From a virus: a stretch of 64,000 nucleotides of DNA. Both the position numbers and the translations under genes were made by a program. Positions 9,201-19,360 of this stretch are shown in pieces. The stretch is taken from positions 1-64,000 of IMG/VR virus record IMGVR_UViG_3300032050_000036. One strand, given 5' to 3'. The stretch's first letter is position 1. Each line of letters opens with the position of its first letter. The notes under the pieces are model-generated. The model searched no databases. It had not been told where the DNA came from and worked only from the letters and a program-made list of their open reading frames with translations.

Positions 9201-12200
9201 TCAAGAGTAACAAAGAAGGTTGGCGGAGACATAGCATCTGGCGCTATTATAGGACTCAAGGAATATGTTGATGATGCTAGGTCTGCAGGACAACAGTTGG
9301 GTGCTGCAACAGTGCAAGGAACTCAGGCACAAAAAGCAGCAGCGTCTAGAGCCGCATTATATGGAACTGGTCCAATAGATCCAGCACAAAAATCATTGCG
9401 TCGACAACTACAAAGACAGGCAAGGCTACAAGAACTTGCAACAAAGAGAGCATATCAGCAATCTGCAATAACTGGCTTTGTAGCAGGAGGAGCAGGGGCT
9501 GGAGGAAATACTGGTGGCGGTGGAAATGGTGGACGTGGTGGATTCTTTGGTAGATTTAGAAGACCAACTCCAGCAGATGGGTCTGAGCCAAAACAAAGAA
9601 TGGGCATGGGTGGAGCAGCAATGGGTCTATCTATGGCTGCAGCAGCAGGATCAATGGCACCAGGTAAAGTTGGAGAAGTTTCTCAACAATTAATGATGCC
9701 TTTAATGGTATTATCAATGCTTGCTATGATGCCAGCAAAAATTGCAGGTGTTGTTGCAGCACTAGGTGTTTTAGCATATGCAATTATTTCAACAAGAATG
9801 GCTTTTGATAAAGCGCAAGACTCAATGATGAAATTAGTCGAGTCCACTAACTCAAGTACACAATCAATTGTTGATTTAAGTAAATTTGCAGGAACTGTAA
9901 GTGCTGGCGAAGTAATGAGAAGAAGAAGAAAAGATACACTATCTCCATTTGATGTAAAGCCAGGAAAAACAACATTTGGAGAAAGTTTTGTTCAGTCAGA
10001 AACTGGGAAGTCTATGCTTGCTGGTGTCGGTCAAAACATTAAAGCGGTAGGCAAAAAACAGGCTCAAGCAGACTTAACTAATCAATTGGTAACAGGAGTT
10101 ATATCAGGATCATTAACTCCAGCACAGGCCAGATCTATTGCTGGAAATATAGGAAAAGAACTTGGAGATTATGGTTTTGGAATTCAGGTAAATGCAAAAT
10201 TAATAGAACTTCTTGGACCTAATGGAGAAAATCTAATCAAAGATCCACTAACTATCAGAGTAAAAATGATTGAGGAAACTCGTGCAAGGGCTGGAATGGC
10301 TGCACAGGGCGCACGAGATGCTGGAGCATTTAATAAAGCAAGAAAGACTAATATACTTGGAGTATCTGATTTAGTTCAAACTACAGGCACTACTGCTGCA
10401 GGTGCAGGTTTAGGAGCAGGTATAGGTGCTGCAATTGGAACCGCTATACTTCCAGGAATTGGAACTGCTATAGGAGCAGTACTCGGAACTGGAGTTGGAG
10501 CCATCGCTGGTAATTTCTTAGGTCGTAAAGATAGACAAAGAAGAATAGGCGAAGCAAGCGGTGCATCTGTTGCCATGAATAAAGTAGCGCTTGAACAACA
10601 ACAGGAAATGGTAGATTCTTTAGATCTAGAATATGAAAAGAAAATTGCAAATGCAAAGGCTGCAGGAGATCAGGCTGAAGCAGAAAGATTAACTAACGAA
10701 TATATTAAAAATAGAAATGCTTTATTATTAGAAAATGGTAAAACAGTTACTGATATACAGACACAGTTTGAAAAATCTAAGGGGGCAACAAGAGAAGCCC
10801 TAATGACTGGTGTAGATAAAGCAATAACAAAGAAATATAAAGGTAGCGCTTTAGAAGATGTTGCACCTCTTGCAAAAACATTAATTGAAGACTCTGGAGT
10901 TTCACAAGAGCAACAATACACTTTAAAGATGCAACTAGCAACTGGAAATATAGATCCAATGCAAATGATTGATATGATGGAAATGTTTGGTAAGGATAGT
11001 AAAACACTAAGCAAGGTAGTTAATATAATTGGAAAGTTTGGTGGAACTTTTGCAAATGAAGTTCAGGGTATTGCTTCTATGTTTAAAAATAAAAAGACTG
11101 CAGCAAAGTTTATTGCCGAAATAGAAACAAAGAGTCCAGAAGAAGCAAGAAAACATTTAGACTTATTCTCAGATATTGCAAAGGTTTCCAATGTATTGGA
11201 TATTGATGTTGCTCTTAAATATTATCAAGAAAATCCAAAGGCAGCAGAAAAACTACAGGGTATTATAGATAAGATAAATGAGCAAAAAGGAAAGATTTCT
11301 TTAGAAGTTGCTGCAACCATTTTAGGAACTGAAGAAATGGAAGCATTAAGAAAAGATCAAGAATATTTTGATTCATTGGATCCAGTACAGCAAAAGGTAT
11401 ATTTGCAAACACTAACTACTGTTGCAAACCTTGAGGGTAATAATAAAGACGAATTAGAAAATTGGTTAAAGCAAAATCCAGGTAAAAGACCAATTGATTA
11501 CTACATAACTTCTGCACAAAAGGTAACACAGGTTTCCACAGATACAACCACTAAACCAAGCAAAGGCTCTTCTTCTGGAGCAGGAAAGGTAGACTCATCA
11601 CCATTAGATGAACTTGTAAAGAAATTAAGAGATGTTCGTAAAAATCAAATTAAGGTAACTGAGGGGTGGTCTGCATCTCGTAAAGTTTTAGATAATTTGT
11701 TTGGTGGCAAAAAAACAATTGATTTCTTTGGCGGTATAGAGCAAGATTTAACTAGGTTGGGCGCCAAGGGCAACTTTATAGAATTAATTGTTGGCATGGA
11801 TCCAAAAGAATACGAAAAAAGAAAGAACTCACTATTTAAGTTTGATAATAAAGGAAATATTATAGGACTTAAAAAAGATGCCAAAACTATACAAGAGGCT
11901 CTTAATTCCATTGTTGCTGGAGACTTCCAATCTTCATTATTACGTCAGCAACAAGAATTAAAGGATCAGGCTACAGCATATAATATTTTAAGAGAGGCTG
12001 GAGTTGGAGTTGCAGAAGCACATCAATTAATTGCAGATGCCGCTCTTGCTGCAATGATTGCTTCTGAAGGAAATAGCAAGAGTGCAAAGAAACTAATAGA
12101 TCTTTATAAAAAAGTTCAGGCTGAGCAAACAAAGTCAGATGCTAAAAAATCAGTACAGCAAGATATTGCAAATATAGAAAAAGAAAATGCTTTACGTAAA

Positions 12201-14327
12201 ACTTTAGAGTCAAAAAGATTTTCAACTATTGAACAAATGGCTATTATGTCTGACGAAAATCTTAAAGAAATGGCTAAAAACGGTGACTGGGGTCCTGAAT
12301 TTCAAAAGAGACTACAGCAGATATTTGATAGCATAGAATTTAAAGAGTCTGTATTTCAAAATGGATTCGATAAGGCCATGGAAAGATTCTCTGCCATGGA
12401 AACAAAGATTGAAATTGACTTCCAAAAAGCAACTTTAGGCGATCAAGATATTATCGAAAAAGCACAAGATAAAATTGCTGGATTACAATATCAGATTGAT
12501 GATTGGGAAGCACAGTTAGTTGAAATTGAAGAAAAAGAAAAAGGAATTAATGATAAATATGATGCAAGATTTGAAGCATTAGATTCTTTAAAATCTTTAA
12601 ATGAGCAAATATCAAGACAGCAAAAGGGACAATTAACTCTTGCTGATGCATTATCACAGGGTGATATTTCTGCTGCTGCTCGTGCAGCACAAGATATTCG
12701 TGCACAACAAGCATCTGATGCCATTGATGCACAACAAAAATCTCTTGAGGCTGCTAAAGAAAACGAATTGGCAAATGTTAGAAATACTCTTGGATATACT
12801 CGTGCACAAATTGAAGGTCAAATTAAAAATCTTAGAGATCAAATATTTAAAATTGAAGAAGAAGAATTAGAGCCAGCGCAAGAGAGAGTAAGAATTGAAG
12901 AGGCTAAAAAGAGAGAACTAATTCAATCACTAACTGTACTCGGCAAAACTAAACTTGAATGGGAAGAAATAAAAAATAGAATTGATCTTGCAAAAACAGC
13001 AAGCGATGAATACACTAATGCGATGAGGGCAGCACTAGACATTGTTGAAGATATAGTAAATTACTGGCAAAGTTTAGAAAGAGAATTCATAACAACTCAT
13101 AGAATTATAACTGTTTATGAAGGTGGAAGTGGACCTAGTGGATCTACAGGTGGTTCGACAGGTGGTTCCACAGGTGGCTCTACAGATGGCTCTACAGATG
13201 GCTCTACAGATGGCTCTACAGGTGGATCTACAGGTGGATCTACAGGTGGCTCTACAGATGGCTCTACAGGTGGATCTACAGGTGGATCTACAGGTGGAAG
13301 CACAACGATAATCCCAACTGGATCGACAGGATCAGAAACAGACTACACTGGAAGACCAGTTAATGGTTTTACTAAATATTTAGATGAAGCAAAAAGTGAA
13401 TACGACAAAATTGTTGCAACATCACTAACACCTGGTGCAACACCTAGTGACTTTGGACATGCTCTTGCAGCAGCAGATCAAAAGGTTATTAATGCAATTA
13501 CCTTAGTTGATGAAAAAAATAAATATAACGCAATGGTTGCAGAAATAAGTAACCCTGGAGCAGCAGCAAAGGCTGAATATGATAAGTTAGTTGCACAAAC
13601 AACTAATCCTGGAGCAGCAGCAAAGGCTGCATATGATCAAGTAGTTGCACAATCAAAAACTGCTGGTGCAACACCTAGTGACTTTGGACATGCTCTTGCA
13701 GCAGCAGATAAGAAAGTTATTAATGCTATTAACGCAAATAATAGTCCAAGTGACTTTGGACATGCTCTTGCAGCAGCAGATAAAAAAGTTATTAATGCAA
13801 TGAATGCAAATAAAACCCCAAGCGACTTTGGGCATGCATTAGCAGCCCAAGATGCTAAAGTTATAAAAGCAGCAGATAAAGTTATGGCTTCATCGGCCTC
13901 TGCATCTAAGGCTGCTGCTGATGCAAAAGCAAAGGCAGACGCTGCTGCTAAAGCAAAGGCTGCTGCTGATTTAAAGAGATTTGGCGGAAATTCAATAGCA
14001 GCATCGCAATTTGCTAATTGGCCTAAAGGTAAGTCATCTGGAGGACTAATTAAAAGATTTGCATTGGGTGGTCCAATTATAGGAACTGATGTTGTGCCTT
14101 CAATGTTAACACCTGGTGAATTTGTCATGAGCAGATATGCAGTAGATAGTTTTGGGCTTGATAGAATGAAAGCAATTAATAGTGGAACATACTCAGATGC
14201 CTCAGTGTATAATTATAGTGTGGCGGTTAATGTAAGGTCTGATGCAAATCCAGAAGAAATTGCAAGAGCAGTCATGACACAAATTAGGCAGGTAGATTCA
14301 AAGAGACTTAGGAGTAATAGAATATAA
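6285..14327 (+). CDS. Tape measure protein (2680 aa)
   Basis: Very long helical Ala/Gly-rich ORF; TP901-like core (AMKEGGINASEGANALKSGL, RARAIEQLFGK); hydrophobic segments; coiled coils; TDxVPxMLTPGExV motifs. Confidence 0.95.
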   Translation: MADVQSNIHVNIDTSEALASIKLLQKQISAFHSSMAKSGAAAAAVSANMQQNLINSLNATGKFSASMQNVKTTTESFTNALEKNKLSMRDYYRYSMGATKTFGKFFRSEFDTINKVARERVKDLQTQYIKMGRDANGAMKAIAVRPLALDMQNLGTQTQIAAQRQALLNQLLKQGSTNMLNFGKNTQWAGRQLMVGFTIPLAYLGTTAAKTFMALEEQAIRFKRVYGELFTTGQETDNMLKEIQLLAKEFTKYGVSVENTMKMAADAAASGKMGADLLAQINEATRLAVLGGVEQEQALETTISLTNAFGIAAEDLTKKINFLNSVENQTVVSIEDLTIAIPKAGPVVKQLGGDVEDLAFFLTAMKEGGINASEGANALKSGLASLINPTEKASAMLAEMGINIQGIVEGNKGNVKGVVMDFAQALNTLDPLNRARAIEQLFGKFQFSRLSTLFQNVIQEGNQASRVLQLTKATTEELAILSERELARVEESTTYKFKKTIEDLKVAIAPVGEEFLKAITPIAEFVGNVLEKFNNLGDGTKKFVVILTTLLGGIGPIFLMTFGLLANGLANIIKLFVNIKSVFNRTGQSSKILGDQTSYLTSEQLKAAAVASSLNQVHTRLSQTFTSEIAALNALVAAYNRAIAAQRGFGGPIVGKGRKGFADGTKKVKPFYFARGTDTVPAMLTPGEAVIPAGPAQDPRNKPAISHMIAGGVMEQFKVGTVGAGDFSHIGGMRTVGALDLANMLKRMPAGIISDRAMKAVEAVAMKFANTLKINLYGKLGITTGMSSQLDARGKPVSMNNLMKAGGRGVGKGEFMADWDKRGLDRWKISLRNGGMKMQDVAQDLAILDTHMKDYLTSLDANTRITDVHVKQAYDHAKRQMGANNKLVQAFDQLALTAGEARINISQAAQKAAGLSTVAGGGSKGAVNVGGMKIRRGGDRFTFYKRTGFSLVDFAEKSMVEGMMERAQVASPSRVTKKVGGDIASGAIIGLKEYVDDARSAGQQLGAATVQGTQAQKAAASRAALYGTGPIDPAQKSLRRQLQRQARLQELATKRAYQQSAITGFVAGGAGAGGNTGGGGNGGRGGFFGRFRRPTPADGSEPKQRMGMGGAAMGLSMAAAAGSMAPGKVGEVSQQLMMPLMVLSMLAMMPAKIAGVVAALGVLAYAIISTRMAFDKAQDSMMKLVESTNSSTQSIVDLSKFAGTVSAGEVMRRRRKDTLSPFDVKPGKTTFGESFVQSETGKSMLAGVGQNIKAVGKKQAQADLTNQLVTGVISGSLTPAQARSIAGNIGKELGDYGFGIQVNAKLIELLGPNGENLIKDPLTIRVKMIEETRARAGMAAQGARDAGAFNKARKTNILGVSDLVQTTGTTAAGAGLGAGIGAAIGTAILPGIGTAIGAVLGTGVGAIAGNFLGRKDRQRRIGEASGASVAMNKVALEQQQEMVDSLDLEYEKKIANAKAAGDQAEAERLTNEYIKNRNALLLENGKTVTDIQTQFEKSKGATREALMTGVDKAITKKYKGSALEDVAPLAKTLIEDSGVSQEQQYTLKMQLATGNIDPMQMIDMMEMFGKDSKTLSKVVNIIGKFGGTFANEVQGIASMFKNKKTAAKFIAEIETKSPEEARKHLDLFSDIAKVSNVLDIDVALKYYQENPKAAEKLQGIIDKINEQKGKISLEVAATILGTEEMEALRKDQEYFDSLDPVQQKVYLQTLTTVANLEGNNKDELENWLKQNPGKRPIDYYITSAQKVTQVSTDTTTKPSKGSSSGAGKVDSSPLDELVKKLRDVRKNQIKVTEGWSASRKVLDNLFGGKKTIDFFGGIEQDLTRLGAKGNFIELIVGMDPKEYEKRKNSLFKFDNKGNIIGLKKDAKTIQEALNSIVAGDFQSSLLRQQQELKDQATAYNILREAGVGVAEAHQLIADAALAAMIASEGNSKSAKKLIDLYKKVQAEQTKSDAKKSVQQDIANIEKENALRKTLESKRFSTIEQMAIMSDENLKEMAKNGDWGPEFQKRLQQIFDSIEFKESVFQNGFDKAMERFSAMETKIEIDFQKATLGDQDIIEKAQDKIAGLQYQIDDWEAQLVEIEEKEKGINDKYDARFEALDSLKSLNEQISRQQKGQLTLADALSQGDISAAARAAQDIRAQQASDAIDAQQKSLEAAKENELANVRNTLGYTRAQIEGQIKNLRDQIFKIEEEELEPAQERVRIEEAKKRELIQSLTVLGKTKLEWEEIKNRIDLAKTASDEYTNAMRAALDIVEDIVNYWQSLEREFITTHRIITVYEGGSGPSGSTGGSTGGSTGGSTDGSTDGSTDGSTGGSTGGSTGGSTDGSTGGSTGGSTGGSTTIIPTGSTGSETDYTGRPVNGFTKYLDEAKSEYDKIVATSLTPGATPSDFGHALAAADQKVINAITLVDEKNKYNAMVAEISNPGAAAKAEYDKLVAQTTNPGAAAKAAYDQVVAQSKTAGATPSDFGHALAAADKKVINAINANNSPSDFGHALAAADKKVINAMNANKTPSDFGHALAAQDAKVIKAADKVMASSASASKAAADAKAKADAAAKAKAAADLKRFGGNSIAASQFANWPKGKSSGGLIKRFALGGPIIGTDVVPSMLTPGEFVMSRYAVDSFGLDRMKAINSGTYSDASVYNYSVAVNVRSDANPEEIARAVMTQIRQVDSKRLRSNRI
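13140..13305 (+). repeat. 12-bp tandem repeat encoding (G/D)GST, about 14 copies, inside the tape measure gene
   Basis: Repeated GGTGGNTCTACA / GATGGCTCTACA units. Confidence 0.9.
13432..13872 (+). repeat. Four copies of PSDFGHALAAAD(K/Q)KVINA plus NPGAAAKAxYD repeats in the tape measure C-terminus
   Basis: Near-identical AGTGACTTTGGACATGCTCTTGCAGCAGCAGAT blocks at about 13446, 13677 and 13749, and a diverged copy at about 13821. Confidence 0.9.
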
Positions 14328-14983
14328 TGTCAAGTGCTAGTTATATTACTGGTAGAAGAAAATACCAAAGACCGCAGGCAATGCTATGGTCAGATAATTC
14401 TGGCACACTTGTTGATGGAGTCTATATACCAAATGGCTTAGAAGTAGGGCAAGACCCTGGATCAGAAACAGATGAATCTTTATATAATCAATTTTTAATT
14501 TTATCTGATGATAATAGACAAGAAATAGACTTTAGACCAATAAGAATTGAAAAAAGAGAGAGAATGATAAATGGTCGTATGAGATCTTATCACATTGCAG
14601 ATAAACTTCAACTATCTACTTCCTGGCAAATGCTACCATCTAGATCATACTTTACGGTACCAGAATTTAATGCAACAACAGGACTATCGCCACACAATTC
14701 ATATGGAAGTCCGTCTGGAGCAGATTTACAATACACAACAGATGGTGGAGCAGGTGGTGTTGAAATATTAGATTGGTATGAAAATCATAAGGGTCCATTT
14801 TGGGTTTATTTGGCGTATGATAAATATTCTAACTTTGGAAAAGATTCAAATGCATATGCACACCTTCCACAATATAATCAATTAATGCAAATGTATTTTA
14901 CTGATTTTAATTATACTGTAGTAAAAAGAGGCGGAAATAACTTCGACTTTTGGAATATAGCCGTAACCTTGGAAGAGGTATAA
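14327..14983 (+). CDS. Distal tail / minor tail protein
   Basis: First gene after the tape measure; RERMINGRMRSY...WNIAVTLEEV, Dit/gpM-like. Confidence 0.7.
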   Translation: MSSASYITGRRKYQRPQAMLWSDNSGTLVDGVYIPNGLEVGQDPGSETDESLYNQFLILSDDNRQEIDFRPIRIEKRERMINGRMRSYHIADKLQLSTSWQMLPSRSYFTVPEFNATTGLSPHNSYGSPSGADLQYTTDGGAGGVEILDWYENHKGPFWVYLAYDKYSNFGKDSNAYAHLPQYNQLMQMYFTDFNYTVVKRGGNNFDFWNIAVTLEEV

Positions 14984-17900
14984 TGTTTCAAAACGAAGAA
15001 TTAAAAAGTCATCTAGAATCTTCTAGTACTGTTAAAACTCAGTCAGCAGTCATTGCTGAGTGGAATATGAATATAGCAAATAATATATTTAGAATTGGAA
15101 ATTATAGATATAGGCCATCTTCAAATATATCAGATAAATATAAGAATATTCCAAACACATTTGATGTTAACGATATAGGAAATTTTTATACAAATGCAAC
15201 AGATGCAGACATTAAAATAGATGGCGGAATTGATCCAGCAGATAACGAGCAGCCTTGGTTTTTATTAGCACAAAATAAAAAAAATACAATGCTTTATTCT
15301 TTAGAAGATTGTTTTAAAAAGTTTAGGCCAAGATCTGGAATTAATAAAGTTGCTTACATTCCTGGAAGAAAGTTGCATCACTCTAATCCAAACATGATTA
15401 ATAGACCAAGATATTACATGTCAGATAAAAATGATAAGTTTAAATACTGGACATCATATAGAACAGAATCTGGCATTGCAAGAGGAATTGCCAATAAATT
15501 AGTTAACGGTCAACATTTTATAGATGATGCAGCGCCATTTGTAGTATATGAAAATCCAGTACCAGCAAATAGAATTGTTATAAAAATGCAAACAAATGTA
15601 GGATCAGTAGACCTTGGACCATTTTCAAGTAAAGCAGGATCTTTTCCAGACTCATTGTATGGAAATTCAAATAAAACTACTCCGTCACAATGGAAGGTTC
15701 AATATTTGATAGACACTAACTGGATTGATATAATTTCTTTTAGTTCTGGTTCCCTTAGAAGAGACGGCACACAAATAATAAAAGAAGACGGATATGTAGA
15801 ACTAGCATATGGATTAAAGGTACCAGATAAGTATAAAGATGTCTTTATACGTGCAGAAGAATATAATAATTTATCCTTTTTACCAGAAAAATCTATAAAT
15901 GGATATGCCTATTTAATTAAGGCCAATGACAATGATTTGGGTAAGTATCATATATGGTTTAACGATCAATGGGAAATATTTACACCAGAGTATGGATGGT
16001 ATTTAGAAGAAGAGACTGTAAGCAGATTAACAAATTTTGTTAATGATCTTACAAATCCAAATACTTTTATTTCTTCTACAGATGGTAAAAATATTTATCG
16101 TGAGTTTGAATATATAAAGGGCATAAGAATTGTTATTGATACAATGAACAAAACAAATTCTACTTTTGATTTAATAGAAATGTCTCCAAGACTTGTCGTT
16201 GATATTTCTGATAAAACAACATTTTTTAGTGTTAAAAAATCTGCTTCAGATCTTGGAACAAGTGGCCTACCAGTTGGACAATTACTTGCATCTGTCGGCT
16301 CACTAACTATTTTTGATTATGATAATGCTTTTAATGAAAATAACAATTTAAGCATTATAAAAAATTATTTAAGCAATAATATACAAATAAAATTTTATGA
16401 TATTGTTGTTAATGTAAAAGACTATGATTACTTAGTTCCAATTAAGACAATGTACTGTGAAGGTTTCCCAAAACATAATCCAAATGATAGAAAAGTTTCT
16501 TTAGAACTTAGAGATTTATACTTTTACCTTGAATCTATTACTGCACCAGAAATGTTAGTTACAAATGTATCTTTAAGTTATGCAGTTTCGCTTCTTCTAG
16601 ATTCAATAGGTTTCTCTAATTATAATTTTAAAAGACTTTCTGGAGAGAAAGAATTAATTATTCCATTTTTTTATATAGCACCAGATAAAAGTGTTGCAGA
16701 AATATTATCAGACCTTGCTATATCAACACAAACAGCAATGTTCTTTGACGAATATAATAATTTTATTATGATGAGTAAAAATTATATGATGCCTTTAGAA
16801 AATGAAAGAGATACTTCATATACATTTTACGGATCAAACGATTTCTTGGATAATGGAGTCGTAGAGAATTTAAATACAAATAATAAACTAACAAATATAA
16901 TTGATATTGCGTCAACAGATAAAAATATTTTTAATGATGGAAAAATTATGTATAATTCTAGATATATACAAAGATCATATGGAACTATTAAGCAGGCCAG
17001 CATGGTTGATAATGAGGTTGCTGCAAAAAATTGGATATATAAGCCAGCACTGTTGTGGGAAATAACTGGAGATCAAACTCTTCGGTCAATAAATGGGGAA
17101 GTCGGAAATCAATCCTCATATAGCCTTTCTGCAATTCCGTTAAACTCTGATCTTTCTTCAGCAATACCAACGGTCACTAATAATACTTTAAGGAATAACA
17201 TAATTGACTTAGGAGAAGCAGTTTATTGGTTAGGTAGACACTCTGGCTATTTTTATGCTAATGGAGAAATAATTAGATTTGATGCAGTTCAATATAGTAT
17301 TCCTGGAGCAGAAAAAAATATAGTCTCTGAAGACAGCAATGGAAAAACAATTTTTACTACACAAACAGTTGGTGCCATAGGAAATGTTTGGATTAGCAGT
17401 AATCAAGAATACCAAAATTATATGTCTAAACTAACGTTTAATGGAAAAATTTATCCTACGGGATTAGTTAGAATATATTCAGAACCAAAATATGAAGAAA
17501 TAAATGGTATTACTGTTATGAAAAATGGCGAAGTAGCAAGACATGGTCGTGGACAATTTGGAACCCCAGTACTTAGTCATAAAGCAGGTTTAGATAGTTA
17601 TTGGTCAAATAACGAATATGTACGTGGCATAGAAATGCAAAGCCAATATCTTTTTGGATTAGGGCAAGACTCAGAGATTTCATTAGAGGTAAGTGATGGT
17701 CCTGCAGGAATTAGCAATACTAGAGCAAGAGAAAATATAAGAACTGGAGTTATCAAAAACTTCTTATCAAATTCTTATACAAAAGAAACACAAAATAATA
17801 CAATTAAGTCAACACAGGCAGGCTCAGTTCAATCATCTGCATTAGTGATGAGCGGTCCTTCTTTTAGTACCACAGACACCCCTATAAATTTTGTTTCGTA

Positions 17901-19359
17901 TCAATATAAAGCATTAAGCAATAAATTTAAACATTTCGGTACAAGAATGAGGATTGTTGGAAAAATTGAAGCAAGTGAAACTATAGGACAAACCCCAATA
18001 AATGCAACGCCATATTATGTTCTTCCAGGTAGCCAGCCAAGTCAAAGATTAAATATCTCTGGTGGTTCTGGTGGTTTAGCAGTTCTGTTAAATCCAGATA
18101 CAAATGTTGGTTACTATTTTGAACTTATCTCTTTAACTGAAAAAAATGTAAGCGAATATTCTTCCGAATCAGAAAACTTACATAATATAATTTTTTATAA
18201 GGTTATGTCTGACTCAGAGCAAAATGCCATTCCAGTAAAACTTTGGGGCGGTTTTGGCAATATTATTGTTGATGATGGAAAATTTACGGGACAATCAAGA
18301 ATAATTGGTGAAGAAAATCCTACAGTATATGATTTAGCAGTAGAGTATCAAGATATAGGATCTATTAGAAGATTTTATTTATATATTAATAATAAATTAA
18401 TTAAAGTTGTTGATGATAGTTCTCCATTACCAACATATAACAATATGGCTTTGTTTGTACGTGGCGGGTCTAAGTGTATGTTTGAAAATATTTATGCTCT
18501 TACAAATAATTATAGTCAAAATACAGTTTTTGCTTTAGACACTCCAGTAGCAGCAGCGTTTGGCGATGATGAAATTAATGCTAATGAATCATTTAGAAAA
18601 TATGCAATGTCTGGAATTATTCAGTCTACCTACCTATCTGGTATAAGTACAGCAGAACCTCCTAAGTTCAACATATATTTTGATGAGTTTGGATCTATTA
18701 TGAGAGAGGCATCATATATGAAGGTAAGATATGATAAGGCATATCCTGCGCTTTATGCACAACTTTCTCCTACTTTTAATAGAATAAAAGGATATGTGGT
18801 TTCTGGGTTTAGGGCTGGATCATATGGTGCAGAATTTTTAATATTTAATGCTACAGATACAGCACTTAATCTTGACGAAACTAGTGGCAATTATTTACGA
18901 ATTCAAGGAATAACTTTTACACAACAATCACAAAATGAATTAAGCGTTGATAACTATTTTGCAAAAAACAGTAATTTATCTGATCCAATAATAGGAAAAG
19001 ATGGATTGATTATATCTCCATTAAGGTCTCAGCAAGATTATGATAAAATTAAAACCAGTAGGTTGACCTACGGCAAAAAAGAGTTTTCTTTGCAACCATC
19101 TTATATTCAGACAGAAGATGATGCAAGAGAGTTAATGTCGTGGATAATTAATAAGGTAATGAAGCCAAGAAGATCTATAGGAATGAAAATTTTTAGTACA
19201 CCAATCGTACAACTTGGAGATATTGTTACTCTTGATTATAAAGACGAAAATAGCCAAAATTTAGTCTCTTCAGAAAACAGTAGGTTTGTGGTATATAATA
19301 TAGATTATCAAAAAGATTCTAGTGGGCCAACGATGACTCTTTTTATGAGCGAGGTATAG
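14983..19359 (+). CDS. Large tail tip / baseplate hub protein
   Basis: About 1460 aa; AMFFDEYNNF hub motif; C-terminal PIVQLGDIVTLDY; start moved to ATG 14983 (GAGGT RBS). Confidence 0.75.
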   Translation: MFQNEELKSHLESSSTVKTQSAVIAEWNMNIANNIFRIGNYRYRPSSNISDKYKNIPNTFDVNDIGNFYTNATDADIKIDGGIDPADNEQPWFLLAQNKKNTMLYSLEDCFKKFRPRSGINKVAYIPGRKLHHSNPNMINRPRYYMSDKNDKFKYWTSYRTESGIARGIANKLVNGQHFIDDAAPFVVYENPVPANRIVIKMQTNVGSVDLGPFSSKAGSFPDSLYGNSNKTTPSQWKVQYLIDTNWIDIISFSSGSLRRDGTQIIKEDGYVELAYGLKVPDKYKDVFIRAEEYNNLSFLPEKSINGYAYLIKANDNDLGKYHIWFNDQWEIFTPEYGWYLEEETVSRLTNFVNDLTNPNTFISSTDGKNIYREFEYIKGIRIVIDTMNKTNSTFDLIEMSPRLVVDISDKTTFFSVKKSASDLGTSGLPVGQLLASVGSLTIFDYDNAFNENNNLSIIKNYLSNNIQIKFYDIVVNVKDYDYLVPIKTMYCEGFPKHNPNDRKVSLELRDLYFYLESITAPEMLVTNVSLSYAVSLLLDSIGFSNYNFKRLSGEKELIIPFFYIAPDKSVAEILSDLAISTQTAMFFDEYNNFIMMSKNYMMPLENERDTSYTFYGSNDFLDNGVVENLNTNNKLTNIIDIASTDKNIFNDGKIMYNSRYIQRSYGTIKQASMVDNEVAAKNWIYKPALLWEITGDQTLRSINGEVGNQSSYSLSAIPLNSDLSSAIPTVTNNTLRNNIIDLGEAVYWLGRHSGYFYANGEIIRFDAVQYSIPGAEKNIVSEDSNGKTIFTTQTVGAIGNVWISSNQEYQNYMSKLTFNGKIYPTGLVRIYSEPKYEEINGITVMKNGEVARHGRGQFGTPVLSHKAGLDSYWSNNEYVRGIEMQSQYLFGLGQDSEISLEVSDGPAGISNTRARENIRTGVIKNFLSNSYTKETQNNTIKSTQAGSVQSSALVMSGPSFSTTDTPINFVSYQYKALSNKFKHFGTRMRIVGKIEASETIGQTPINATPYYVLPGSQPSQRLNISGGSGGLAVLLNPDTNVGYYFELISLTEKNVSEYSSESENLHNIIFYKVMSDSEQNAIPVKLWGGFGNIIVDDGKFTGQSRIIGEENPTVYDLAVEYQDIGSIRRFYLYINNKLIKVVDDSSPLPTYNNMALFVRGGSKCMFENIYALTNNYSQNTVFALDTPVAAAFGDDEINANESFRKYAMSGIIQSTYLSGISTAEPPKFNIYFDEFGSIMREASYMKVRYDKAYPALYAQLSPTFNRIKGYVVSGFRAGSYGAEFLIFNATDTALNLDETSGNYLRIQGITFTQQSQNELSVDNYFAKNSNLSDPIIGKDGLIISPLRSQQDYDKIKTSRLTYGKKEFSLQPSYIQTEDDARELMSWIINKVMKPRRSIGMKIFSTPIVQLGDIVTLDYKDENSQNLVSSENSRFVVYNIDYQKDSSGPTMTLFMSEV

Positions 19360-19360
19360 A

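Noticed and set aside
13140-13872. Tape-measure DNA repeats as a CRISPR array or diversity-generating retroelement repeats
   Set aside because: They are in-frame coding repeats without unique equal-length spacers, and no reverse transcriptase is present in the window
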